A stretch of DNA of 59,392 nucleotides from NCBI GenBank assembly GCA_964554125.1, contig CAZKNG010000005.1, forward strand, positions 1-59,392. Reading direction: 5' to 3'. The stretch comes from an uncultured bacterium. GTDB lineage: Bacteria > Krumholzibacteriota > Krumholzibacteriia > Krumholzibacteriales > WJIX01. Positions 19,809 through 28,205 of the stretch are shown piece by piece (the first letter of the stretch is position 1; the number at the start of each line of letters is the position of its first letter). The position numbers and the translations under genes are program-made. The notes under the pieces were generated by a model, which saw nothing but the letters and a program-made list of their open reading frames with translations, did no database searches and was not told where the DNA came from.

Positions 19809-19824
19809 TGGTCTCTTTTTTGCT
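19809..19824 (+). promoter_or_regulatory. Candidate sigma54 promoter for the 146-aa orphan gene
   Basis: TGGTCTCTTTTTTGCT: GG-N10-GC with a TTGCT -12 element, 57 nt upstream of the ATG. Confidence 0.4.
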
Positions 19825-19881
19825 TGTTTTTCAATATGAATATCCGGATTTAATCTTTATTTAAACACAGGGAGGTTTCGA

Positions 19882-20322
19882 ATGGAAATTACGGAAAAGA
19901 TATTAAGAGAGGTTTTCCACCGCCTCCTTAATATTGAACCGAATGAAAAGAAATTAAAGAAACTCAGAGTTATCATAGATGGAATGATTGACAAATTTCA
20001 GGAAACTTTTGATTTGGATTCAGTCCAGAAACAGAATACATTCAGAGCAATTATATGCAGCATGTTCGTTCATGGATGGGGAATGGGAATGCACCCTTAT
20101 AACAGTCCGGACAAAAACCTTGACGACAACAGTATCGAAGTCAGAGTGAGCAAGGATATACTAACGCCTCTCGAAAATATCAAAGCATTAAGATACGTTA
20201 AGAAAGACCGTGAGGGCAGAGTCAGAAAAGCTCTTTTTGAACCTGATCAGAATAAAAGAATACGCACACAGATTGATAGTCTGCTTGAGAAAATAACAAA
20301 GGAGAAATGGGGAGAAAAATAA
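19882..20322 (+). CDS. Hypothetical protein (no recognised family)
   Basis: 146-aa ORF filling an otherwise empty interval, with strong SD GGGAGGT 5 nt before the ATG. Confidence 0.75.
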   Translation: MEITEKILREVFHRLLNIEPNEKKLKKLRVIIDGMIDKFQETFDLDSVQKQNTFRAIICSMFVHGWGMGMHPYNSPDKNLDDNSIEVRVSKDILTPLENIKALRYVKKDREGRVRKALFEPDQNKRIRTQIDSLLEKITKEKWGEK

Positions 20323-20470
20323 ACTTAAATCGATTCATGCATGGCATAGCTATGAATCGCCTGAAAATATATAACGATCTCTGCTCCCGGTGTTTCCGAT
20401 TTCTTGCTTACTCATAACTTTAAAAATCCCTCAGAATTACAGCCCGATGATCGCGTTTGAATCTATATTA

Positions 20471-21295
20471 TCATTTGGAGTTTTTGTTGCTCATCTCCAT
20501 CTCAATCACCCGTCCGCCATTCTTGAAATCCACACGATCCATGATCTCCCTTATAATATATAAACCCCTTCCGGAATCATTGTAGATCTTCCCTTCACCT
20601 GTTGGATCCTCGATTTTGTCCTGGTCAAATCCTACACCCTGATCTTCTATCTGAATGATCACGCGGCTGATGCTGATATAAATCCGTATATGCACCTTAA
20701 GTTCCTTCTTGTTACTATTACCGTGAACAATGGCGTTGCTTAAGGCTTCATCCATCACCATTGGAAGGTTTACCCTGCAATCTTCCGGGGCGTATCCAGC
20801 TTCGGCGGTCAAAAAAGAGACAAGGCGGTTTACACCGACAATCCTCGACAGTTTGCTCGGTATGAGAAAATCCAGACGAATCTGGCCTTCCCTTATCAAC
20901 TCTCTGCTGCGGGGAAAATACAGGTGGTCGCGGCCGGATAGATCGACAAGATATTGATAATCACTCTCGCTGAAAGGAGGAGTAATAATATTCTTAATGC
21001 CAGCGGACATATATGTAAGATAAGTCCTTTCATCACACTCATCAGTGACAATATGCACGGGTGTGTCGATCAGTAAAAGGCAGATCTGACGAAGCTTTGC
21101 GGGATTGAACCTTTTCTGTGGTAAAAACAGAATAACCCTGGGCGATTCTCTCTTTACCTTTTGCAAGGCTTTTAGAAATCGAGGGAAAGTAGTATAGGAA
21201 TTCTTTTCAACATTATCCGGTAATTCCATTTTTTTGAAAAATTCCAAATGGAGTTCCGGATTCAGATTTAGAGTAATAATCAGAACTTTATCCAC
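20471..21295 (-). CDS. RsbW/SpoIIAB-type anti-sigma factor kinase (HATPase_c) with an N-terminal degenerate receiver-like domain; start reassigned to GTG 21295
   Basis: EALSNAIVHG (N box), DQGVGF (G1), GRGLYII (G2); GTG lies 4 nt after the upstream stop. Confidence 0.85.
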   Translation of the reverse strand: MDKVLIITLNLNPELHLEFFKKMELPDNVEKNSYTTFPRFLKALQKVKRESPRVILFLPQKRFNPAKLRQICLLLIDTPVHIVTDECDERTYLTYMSAGIKNIITPPFSESDYQYLVDLSGRDHLYFPRSRELIREGQIRLDFLIPSKLSRIVGVNRLVSFLTAEAGYAPEDCRVNLPMVMDEALSNAIVHGNSNKKELKVHIRIYISISRVIIQIEDQGVGFDQDKIEDPTGEGKIYNDSGRGLYIIREIMDRVDFKNGGRVIEMEMSNKNSK

Positions 21296-21299
21296 ATCG

Positions 21300-21875
21300 T
21301 TAGAAAATCTTCTGCCCGTCGGCGAGAATTTCGTTGAGGGCATCTTTAAAATAATCACTTGACTGTGCTATTCCGGGTCCAATTTTCTCCTTGTAACCCT
21401 CCCAGCCTTTTTTAATCTCAGGCCCAAGAGCTGACATAAGGTTTCCTTCAGAAAGTGCTTTGTCTCTCTTTTCCTGATTATAGACAAGTATATCACTTAC
21501 AAAAACTCTGGCAAGTCTTTTCGCCCTTTCTTTCTTATTCCTTTCTTCATTTGTATCTTGTTGACAGGTATGCTCTTCAGAAGGCGCGCTCTCTTCGAGA
21601 TCAACCTCTTCGAAACCAGACCCACGCTCTATTTCTCCACCCGCTGAAACCTCTTTATCCTCTATTTCATCATTCCAGACCTCGGCGTTAACCGTTTGAG
21701 AGGACTCTGTGTTAAAACCGCCCGTACTCCTGTCAAAATCCGGTTTGTTTGAATAGGCAGCTTTCAGCTTCCACACAAATTTACATTTTGGACAGCGCAC
21801 CCGAATTCCCTTTACAGGTACATTTTCGTCAGGAAGGCTGTATTTTGTCTCACATCCATTGCATGCAACAATCAT
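21300..21875 (-). CDS. MJ0042-type zinc-ribbon protein with an acidic linker and a C-terminal RomX-like helical domain
   Basis: N-terminal MIVACNGCETKY...RVRCPKCKFVW; C-terminal AKRLARVFVSDILVYNQEK...NL...L..EI..G...YK...YF..ALNEIL. Confidence 0.8.
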   Translation of the reverse strand: MIVACNGCETKYSLPDENVPVKGIRVRCPKCKFVWKLKAAYSNKPDFDRSTGGFNTESSQTVNAEVWNDEIEDKEVSAGGEIERGSGFEEVDLEESAPSEEHTCQQDTNEERNKKERAKRLARVFVSDILVYNQEKRDKALSEGNLMSALGPEIKKGWEGYKEKIGPGIAQSSDYFKDALNEILADGQKIF

Positions 21876-21905
21876 TGATAAGGCTCCTTTGAATCCAGCT
21901 CACAT

Positions 21906-22454
21906 CTACAATCCTAAATCCTCGGAGATACCTCTCATTGCATTTAGCGAAAGATGCAGAAAATCATGCAAATCAATTCCAAGTTCACTGCAACTCGCGA
22001 TTGCTTCACGATCGGCACCCGCGGCAAATCTTTTTTCTTTAAAACGTCTTCCCACAAACTCGTCATCCATTCCTGAAAGACTCTTTGTAGGATGCATTAA
22101 CGCTGATGCAACAATCAAGCCAGTCACAGGGTCACTGCAGTATATAGCATGGTCCATCGGGCATTCCGGTTCAACATGTCCCACATGAGCTAATATTGCG
22201 TGTTTTATTTCCTCTGAAACATCGATCCCTTCAAGTAATTTCAATGTTTTATATCCATGCTTTTCGGGATTTTCCTTCGTACTTTCATAGTCCAGATCAT
22301 GCAGTAAGCCTGCCAGTCCCCATACATCCGGATCACCGTCAAATTTATCCGCCAGAGACCTCATAATCGCCTCTACTGCAAGAACATGCTTAATAAGATT
22401 CCTGTTGGTCATATGTTCTTCAACCAGTTTCAGTGCTTCCTCTCTCGAAATCAC
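21906..22454 (-). CDS. HD-superfamily (HDIG-type) metal-dependent phosphohydrolase
   Basis: SREEALKL, KHVLAVE, WGLAGLLHDLDYE, HG, AILAH, D.VTGLI, KRFAAG. Confidence 0.9.
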   Translation of the reverse strand: MISREEALKLVEEHMTNRNLIKHVLAVEAIMRSLADKFDGDPDVWGLAGLLHDLDYESTKENPEKHGYKTLKLLEGIDVSEEIKHAILAHVGHVEPECPMDHAIYCSDPVTGLIVASALMHPTKSLSGMDDEFVGRRFKEKRFAAGADREAIASCSELGIDLHDFLHLSLNAMRGISEDLGL

Positions 22455-22479
22455 AATTACCTCCCGTAATTGAAGTTAA

Positions 22480-24579
22480 TCATCCAATTTCAGCAATTTC
22501 CATTCTTTCTTTATAGTACAATCTAAAATATTTCTCGACAACTCTGTTTTCCGGTTTATTCAAGTGCGGGTCAATCTCAAGTAATTTGTCACTTTCTTCC
22601 CACGAACACTTTACTATCATATTATCACTTATTGGATTTATTAAACGAAATAGAGGGTACCCAGATTGCCTGAATCCCCATATTTCACCCGGTCCTCTGA
22701 TCTGAAGGTCCTTCTCAGCCACCGCGAATCCATCATTTGTCTCAGCGAAGAATTCAAGTCTATCCAAACTTTTCTTTCCAATATTCTCACCTGTAATCAA
22801 AAAACAAACCCCTTTCCTTCCCTCTCTTCCGATTCTCCCCCTCAGCTGATGAAGCTGAGCAAGCCCGAATCTTTCGGGATTGTTTACGATCAGCATTGAA
22901 GCGTTTGGAATATCAACGCCGACTTCAATAACAGTAGTTGTTATCAGAGCAGCTATTTCACCGTTTACAAACATATCTACCGCTTTAGATTTTTCCTCAA
23001 AACTCATCCTCCCGTGAAGAAGACCTATAGGAAAATCCTTAAACAGATCCCTCTGCAGTCTTTCGAACTCAGCCGTTGCCGCTTTTAAATCACTTCTGTC
23101 ACTATCTTCTACTACAGGATATACTATAAATGCCTGCCCGCCTTCCCTGAATAATTTTCGCGCGAAGGAGTAACAATCGCTTTTCCTCTCCTCTTTAACG
23201 AGTTCTGTTTTAACTTCTCTTGTGCCGAAAGGAAAACTGTCGATAACTGATAATTTGAGGTCCCCGTATACTATCTGCGCCAGACTACGGGGAATTGGAG
23301 TTGCTGTCATAACAAGAAAGTGCGGCAGTTCATTTTTCTTGCCGAGACTTGCTCTCTGTTTAACACCAAATCTGTGCTGTTCATCTATAATAGCCAATCC
23401 GATCTGTTTAAAAGATATCCCTTCCTGTATCAAAGCTTGAGTACCGATAATAATATCAATACTTCCGCGCTCCAGTTCGGAGTATAATCTTTCCTTTTCC
23501 TGCTTTTTCAACGCTCCGATTAAAAGCTCCACATTTATAGGTAAATCTTTGAGATATTCCTTTATTTTTTTATAATGCTGCCGGGCCAATATTTCAGTTG
23601 GCACCATCATAGCTGTTTGATATCCATTATCAACGGCCATTATCATGGAAGCTAATCCGACTATCGTCTTGCCTGAACCAACATCGCCCTGCAGCAGTCT
23701 TCCCATCCCTCTGCTATTTTCAACATCGCCCCTTATTTCATGAAGAACCTTCTTCTGAGCTTCCGTCAGCCTGAATGGAAGAGATTTAAGAAATTTCTTA
23801 AGTAGCCCGTACGGAGGCGATATTTTAGGCCGTGGATTATTCTCACATATCTTCTTCCGTCTCATTTTCAATAAAAGATGAATGAAGAAGACTTCCTCAA
23901 ATTTCAGCCTTCGGACAGCCTCGTCAAGATCTTGAAATGTTTCAGGATAGTGGATCTGCTGTAAAGCCTCCTGGCGCCCTATAAATTTCAAAGAATCTCT
24001 CAGCGGCTCTGGTATATTTTCTTCTATCCTTCCTTTTGCCTTCTCGAGAGCTGCTTTGATGATTATTCTCATCATTCTCTGGGAAATTCCAGAAGTAAGC
24101 GGATATACCGGAACGATTCTGTTGGTATGAATGAATCCGCCGTCAGGATCATCTGAATAAAACTCAAAATCAGGCGCTGAAATCTGCTTTACTCCTCTGT
24201 ATAGATTTACTGTTCCGCTTACGATAATCTTTCTTCCCTGACGGAACATCTTCTTTAGAAAGGGCTGATTGAAAAAAACCAGATCTATTCGTCCAGTCTC
24301 ATCCCCAACTGCCACCTTTAAAATAGTTCTTCCACCCCGCAATTTTCTTAGAGAGACAACCAGAACAATGCCCGCAAAAGTCGCTTCACTCTCAACCTCT
24401 ATGTCACATATCTTTGTCATATTACTTCTGTCATAATAACCGCGGGGATAATGCATAAGAAGATCCTCAACTGTTTCTATTCCTAACCGTTGCAGTAACA
24501 ACTGCCTTGAGGGACCTACACCCTTAATAAATTGGCTGCTCATCTTAAGAATATTTCTGTTATTTGGATTGTTTTTCAT
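22480..24579 (-). CDS. recG: ATP-dependent DNA helicase RecG
   Basis: IKGVGP, QGDVGSGKT, DEQHRFGV, MTATPIPRS, TTVIEVGVDIPNA, FGLAQLHQLRGRIGR, DLQIRGPGE. Confidence 0.98.
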   Translation of the reverse strand: MKNNPNNRNILKMSSQFIKGVGPSRQLLLQRLGIETVEDLLMHYPRGYYDRSNMTKICDIEVESEATFAGIVLVVSLRKLRGGRTILKVAVGDETGRIDLVFFNQPFLKKMFRQGRKIIVSGTVNLYRGVKQISAPDFEFYSDDPDGGFIHTNRIVPVYPLTSGISQRMMRIIIKAALEKAKGRIEENIPEPLRDSLKFIGRQEALQQIHYPETFQDLDEAVRRLKFEEVFFIHLLLKMRRKKICENNPRPKISPPYGLLKKFLKSLPFRLTEAQKKVLHEIRGDVENSRGMGRLLQGDVGSGKTIVGLASMIMAVDNGYQTAMMVPTEILARQHYKKIKEYLKDLPINVELLIGALKKQEKERLYSELERGSIDIIIGTQALIQEGISFKQIGLAIIDEQHRFGVKQRASLGKKNELPHFLVMTATPIPRSLAQIVYGDLKLSVIDSFPFGTREVKTELVKEERKSDCYSFARKLFREGGQAFIVYPVVEDSDRSDLKAATAEFERLQRDLFKDFPIGLLHGRMSFEEKSKAVDMFVNGEIAALITTTVIEVGVDIPNASMLIVNNPERFGLAQLHQLRGRIGREGRKGVCFLITGENIGKKSLDRLEFFAETNDGFAVAEKDLQIRGPGEIWGFRQSGYPLFRLINPISDNMIVKCSWEESDKLLEIDPHLNKPENRVVEKYFRLYYKERMEIAEIG

Positions 24580-24649
24580 AATTACCTTGCCAATTAAAGC
24601 ACAACGTACTAATTTATATCAAACGCGGGAAAGAATATGGAGGAATAAA

Positions 24650-24841
24650 ATGAGTAAAAAATGCGCGATATGTGGAAGAAAACCGATTGTGGGACATAAT
24701 GTAAGTCATTCTCATAATCTCAATAAAAGAAGGTTTATCCCTAATCTACAGAAAATAAAAGTAGAAATAGATGGTAAATGCCAAAAAACCTACGTGTGCA
24801 CCAAGTGTATTAAGAGCGGCTTCGCAAAGAAAGTTCTCTGA
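24650..24841 (+). CDS. rpmB: 50S ribosomal protein L28 (zinc-binding CxxC form); start reassigned to ATG 24650
   Basis: MSKKCAICGRKPIVGHNVSHSHNLNKRRFIPNLQK...VCTKCIKSG; GGAGG SD at 24639-24643. Confidence 0.97.
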   Translation: MSKKCAICGRKPIVGHNVSHSHNLNKRRFIPNLQKIKVEIDGKCQKTYVCTKCIKSGFAKKVL

Positions 24842-24969
24842 ATCCGCCGGGGTACCTACTCGAAAAGATATTATACTATATTGAACCAGGTGGAAAGCTT
24901 TATCCATATCCCTCCTTTGGACGGTAATATTGTTTCTTCCAATTAAACGTTAGTTTGCTGTGTATAAAA

Positions 24970-26535
24970 TCAACCCGTTAGATTTATCAGATCTTCGAAT
25001 CTCTTAAACAGATAATCCCGTTTTGTTTTCCCTGTGATATGATCCCATGGGAAAAATTCAAAGAGACGTTTTTTATCATGTATAAATTCAGGGTCAACAT
25101 TACTGTTTCTGAGTGCCTTCTTCCATGATATACCTCCCCTGCCGTATTTGATTACAGCCTTACCTACATCTTCATCCCCCAGGGACAGGACTGCCTGTCT
25201 GAAAACACCTCTTATTGATTTAACTCTGACATTCCCGGTGATACTTTCGCAAATTTCTGCCAGCTTTCCCAATCTCATTTCCAGATTCTTTTTTTCCGGT
25301 AAGGCATAAAACTGAAGAGGTGTCTGCGCTTTTGGAACGACAACATTTATATGTACGGACAGAGTTGCCTTTCCTATCACTCTCTTGAAATTCTTTATAA
25401 ACAGCTCAGTTTCCCTTATTACTTTTTCTGATTCACCGGGATATCCCGAAATCAAATAAAGTGTAAACTTACTTATGCCCTGCGTGCTGAGAAGTCTTGC
25501 GGCGTTGAAATAGGCTCTGTCCGGAACTTTCTTACCTAAAATATATCTTATATCTTCACTGCCCGTCTCCGGAGCCAGAGCAACACTGTTTGCTCCGGCC
25601 TTCCCGATCATTAATGCCTTATCAGCATCGATATCTTCAGCTTTCAAAGAACTGAAGGAGGTCTTAATACCCCTCTTGATTAACTCCCCTACGATTCTAT
25701 TGAAATCGGGATGCGAAGTTACTGAAGTACTTACAAGACCGACTTTCCGGACAAATTCGGGGATCTCACCCAGCACTGCCATAATTGATTCATACCTTTG
25801 AATCCTGAGAGGACTGTAAATTGCCGAAGCAAGACAGAAACAACAATTTCCCGTGCATCCCCTGCTTATCTCCATAAGCAGCATATCAGAAAATGCTGTA
25901 TTGCTTGAAAGAACCGCAGAAACCGGAAATCTGTCAATATTTCCCGGATGAGCTAATTCTACCCCCTCAGCAGATTGTCCTGAAACAAATATCCCTTCAA
26001 TTCCTCTGAGCTTATCAGCAATCTTCTCACATCCCTCTCCGCCATATCTGTCCACAAAATCAGCTATATCGTTAATAACCTCCTCTCCCTCGCCTATAGC
26101 TATAATATCGGCTACTTCCGACATTGGCGCAGGATTGGCGCTTACGGCCGGCCCCCCCAGAATAATAATTGGCCGGCATCTTCTTTTTTCCCTTGATGGT
26201 TCTATTTCCGATTCTATTAATATCCTTACAAGATTCAAATAGTCTTCCTCATAAGAAAGGGTAATGAAGAGAGCGGTTGACGAGGAAATCTTCAATCCCG
26301 ACTCAAAAGTAAAAGGGGATGTATCGGTAAAGAAACGCTCTACCCTCATAAGGCGTCTCGACTTCAATTTCTTGAATATAAAATGAAACCCTAGATTAGA
26401 CATCCCGGTTCGATATGAAGAAGGATAACCAACAAAAATATTATTGGCCATCCTGGCAGGTTGCTGAAAGTTTACAATAAACTTTTCTTTAAACCTTCTG
26501 TTATCTTTTCTATTTTTCCCGGGATTTCGAGACAA
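24970..26535 (-). CDS. Radical SAM protein (B12-binding/YgiQ-TIGR03960-like uncharacterised family)
   Basis: YP-x-x-Y-x-x-GMSNLG, EISRGCTGNCCFC (CxxxCxxC), ALAPETGSE, VPKAQTPLQ, PWDHI. Confidence 0.88.
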   Translation of the reverse strand: MSRNPGKNRKDNRRFKEKFIVNFQQPARMANNIFVGYPSSYRTGMSNLGFHFIFKKLKSRRLMRVERFFTDTSPFTFESGLKISSSTALFITLSYEEDYLNLVRILIESEIEPSREKRRCRPIIILGGPAVSANPAPMSEVADIIAIGEGEEVINDIADFVDRYGGEGCEKIADKLRGIEGIFVSGQSAEGVELAHPGNIDRFPVSAVLSSNTAFSDMLLMEISRGCTGNCCFCLASAIYSPLRIQRYESIMAVLGEIPEFVRKVGLVSTSVTSHPDFNRIVGELIKRGIKTSFSSLKAEDIDADKALMIGKAGANSVALAPETGSEDIRYILGKKVPDRAYFNAARLLSTQGISKFTLYLISGYPGESEKVIRETELFIKNFKRVIGKATLSVHINVVVPKAQTPLQFYALPEKKNLEMRLGKLAEICESITGNVRVKSIRGVFRQAVLSLGDEDVGKAVIKYGRGGISWKKALRNSNVDPEFIHDKKRLFEFFPWDHITGKTKRDYLFKRFEDLINLTG

Positions 26536-26550
26536 GAGTTCCTCAAATCA

Positions 26551-28191
26551 TCATGCTTTATCAATATTCAAGGGGCCCTCTCCGAAAAGATTACGCGCGG
26601 CCACATTATCAGGCTGAATTTCAATCAGCTTCTTGATAACTGATTGAGCCTTTTCACTTTCACCTTTATTCCTCAATACAATAGCAAGAGAGAGCAGAAC
26701 ATCAGTATATTCTGAATTTACTTCCAGACTCTTTCTGTAAAAATTCTCCGCTTTTTCATAATTCTTCCTGTAATTCTGAATATCTCCCATAATCTTATAA
26801 ATATCAGCGTACCCTTTTTCATTATCACCTATGATTCTTTCAGCTTCTTCGTAATTCCCCTTTTTAATCATAATATATGTCAGTTTTTCTCTTGCTCTTA
26901 AATATTCGTTATTTACCTCAAGAGCTTTCCGGTAATAAGCTTCCGCTTCTTCGTTTCTGCCGGTTCTCAAATAAACTTCACCGACGAAATAATAAACATC
27001 AGCGCTCTCAACCCCTGCTTCGATTATGTTTCTCAACGTTACCATCGCCCCCTCCATATCACCGGTGCGGATCTGGATCAGGGCTAGATTAATGTTATCC
27101 CCCCCCTTCTTTTCCCCCTCTTTCATCCCTTTCCGAAGGATCTGAACCGCCTTGGAAGTCTCGCCGGTAATATAAAGCAGGAGACCGTAATAATAAAGAG
27201 CCTGTGAATAACGAGGAGCATCCATTACTACCTCTTCGAATAAAATCCTCGCTTCTTCGTAACGTCCAAGATAAAGCAATGTGGCGCCCAGGTAAGACTT
27301 CATATCGGTATAATTATCTGTCTTACTGACAGCCTCTTTAAAGTGCGGGAGAGCCTCGATGAATCTTTTCTGATCGAAGAGTAGTATTCCCAGATAGAAT
27401 CGTGCTTCAGTATAATCCGGATTAATCCTCAATGCCGCTTTAAACTCAGCGTCGGCTCTGCCGTAGTTACCTGCCTTCATATGGGAAAGAGCCAGTTTGA
27501 AACGTATATCCGCGTAATCCGGATGTATTTCCTTTATTTCTTCAAAGCTTTCTACAGCTTCACTGAATTTTCCCATATTGAATTTTTCCACACCATTTTT
27601 TACCATCGAATTGAACTCATCGCCGGCGCCAAAGACACCTTTCAGAGAAGAAATAGTAGGAATATCGGTTTTGCAGCTCGCAAGGTGATTACTTAAAAAC
27701 TTGCTTACAGGGGTTTTTCTATCAGCTGAAAGCTCAAGAGCCTTTTTAAACTGTATATCCGCTTCATCTTTCCGGTCATCCTCGTAGAGAACAATTCCAA
27801 GATAACATACAGCTTCAAAATAGGCGGGGTTCAGTTCAATAGCCTTTTCGAGCATTCCCAACGCCTTTTCTTTATTACCCTTACAATGATAAATCACACC
27901 CATCCTGTAATAAAGATCAGGGTATGTGGGATTTTCTTTTACAGCCCTTTCAAAATGTTTTAAGGCTTCGTCATTATCTCCGGAAAAGTACAGGGCTGTA
28001 CCAATATGAACATGGGCTTCCGCGGCGTAGAACATCCCGAGAGCATAAGTTGGGTCGTCGTGCCCTATCGAATCTGTAGCTTTCTCAAGCTGTTCAACAG
28101 CCTTTTCATAGTTCTGTTCATTATAGAACTTTATCCCTTTTTCATATTCGGGATTTTTCCCCAACCCGAATATCCTGCCCCAGAAAGACAA
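26551..28191 (-). CDS. Large TPR protein (about 13-14 repeats) directly downstream of ftsZ
   Basis: Repeated TPRs with NPTYPDL, NPAYFEA, HPDYADI and NPDYTEA boundaries; 14 nt from the ftsZ stop. Confidence 0.9.
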   Translation of the reverse strand: MSFWGRIFGLGKNPEYEKGIKFYNEQNYEKAVEQLEKATDSIGHDDPTYALGMFYAAEAHVHIGTALYFSGDNDEALKHFERAVKENPTYPDLYYRMGVIYHCKGNKEKALGMLEKAIELNPAYFEAVCYLGIVLYEDDRKDEADIQFKKALELSADRKTPVSKFLSNHLASCKTDIPTISSLKGVFGAGDEFNSMVKNGVEKFNMGKFSEAVESFEEIKEIHPDYADIRFKLALSHMKAGNYGRADAEFKAALRINPDYTEARFYLGILLFDQKRFIEALPHFKEAVSKTDNYTDMKSYLGATLLYLGRYEEARILFEEVVMDAPRYSQALYYYGLLLYITGETSKAVQILRKGMKEGEKKGGDNINLALIQIRTGDMEGAMVTLRNIIEAGVESADVYYFVGEVYLRTGRNEEAEAYYRKALEVNNEYLRAREKLTYIMIKKGNYEEAERIIGDNEKGYADIYKIMGDIQNYRKNYEKAENFYRKSLEVNSEYTDVLLSLAIVLRNKGESEKAQSVIKKLIEIQPDNVAARNLFGEGPLNIDKA

Positions 28192-28205
28192 TTTACACCT
28201 TCCAT

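Noticed and set aside
14567-20470. Possibility that the accessory region is a horizontally acquired island
   Set aside because: There is no integrase, flanking direct repeat or tRNA, and no obvious compositional shift in the coding regions by eye.
27099-27106. C8 (G8 on the coding strand) run in the TPR gene
   Set aside because: Short, in frame (Lys-Gly-Gly-Asp), and within chance expectation.
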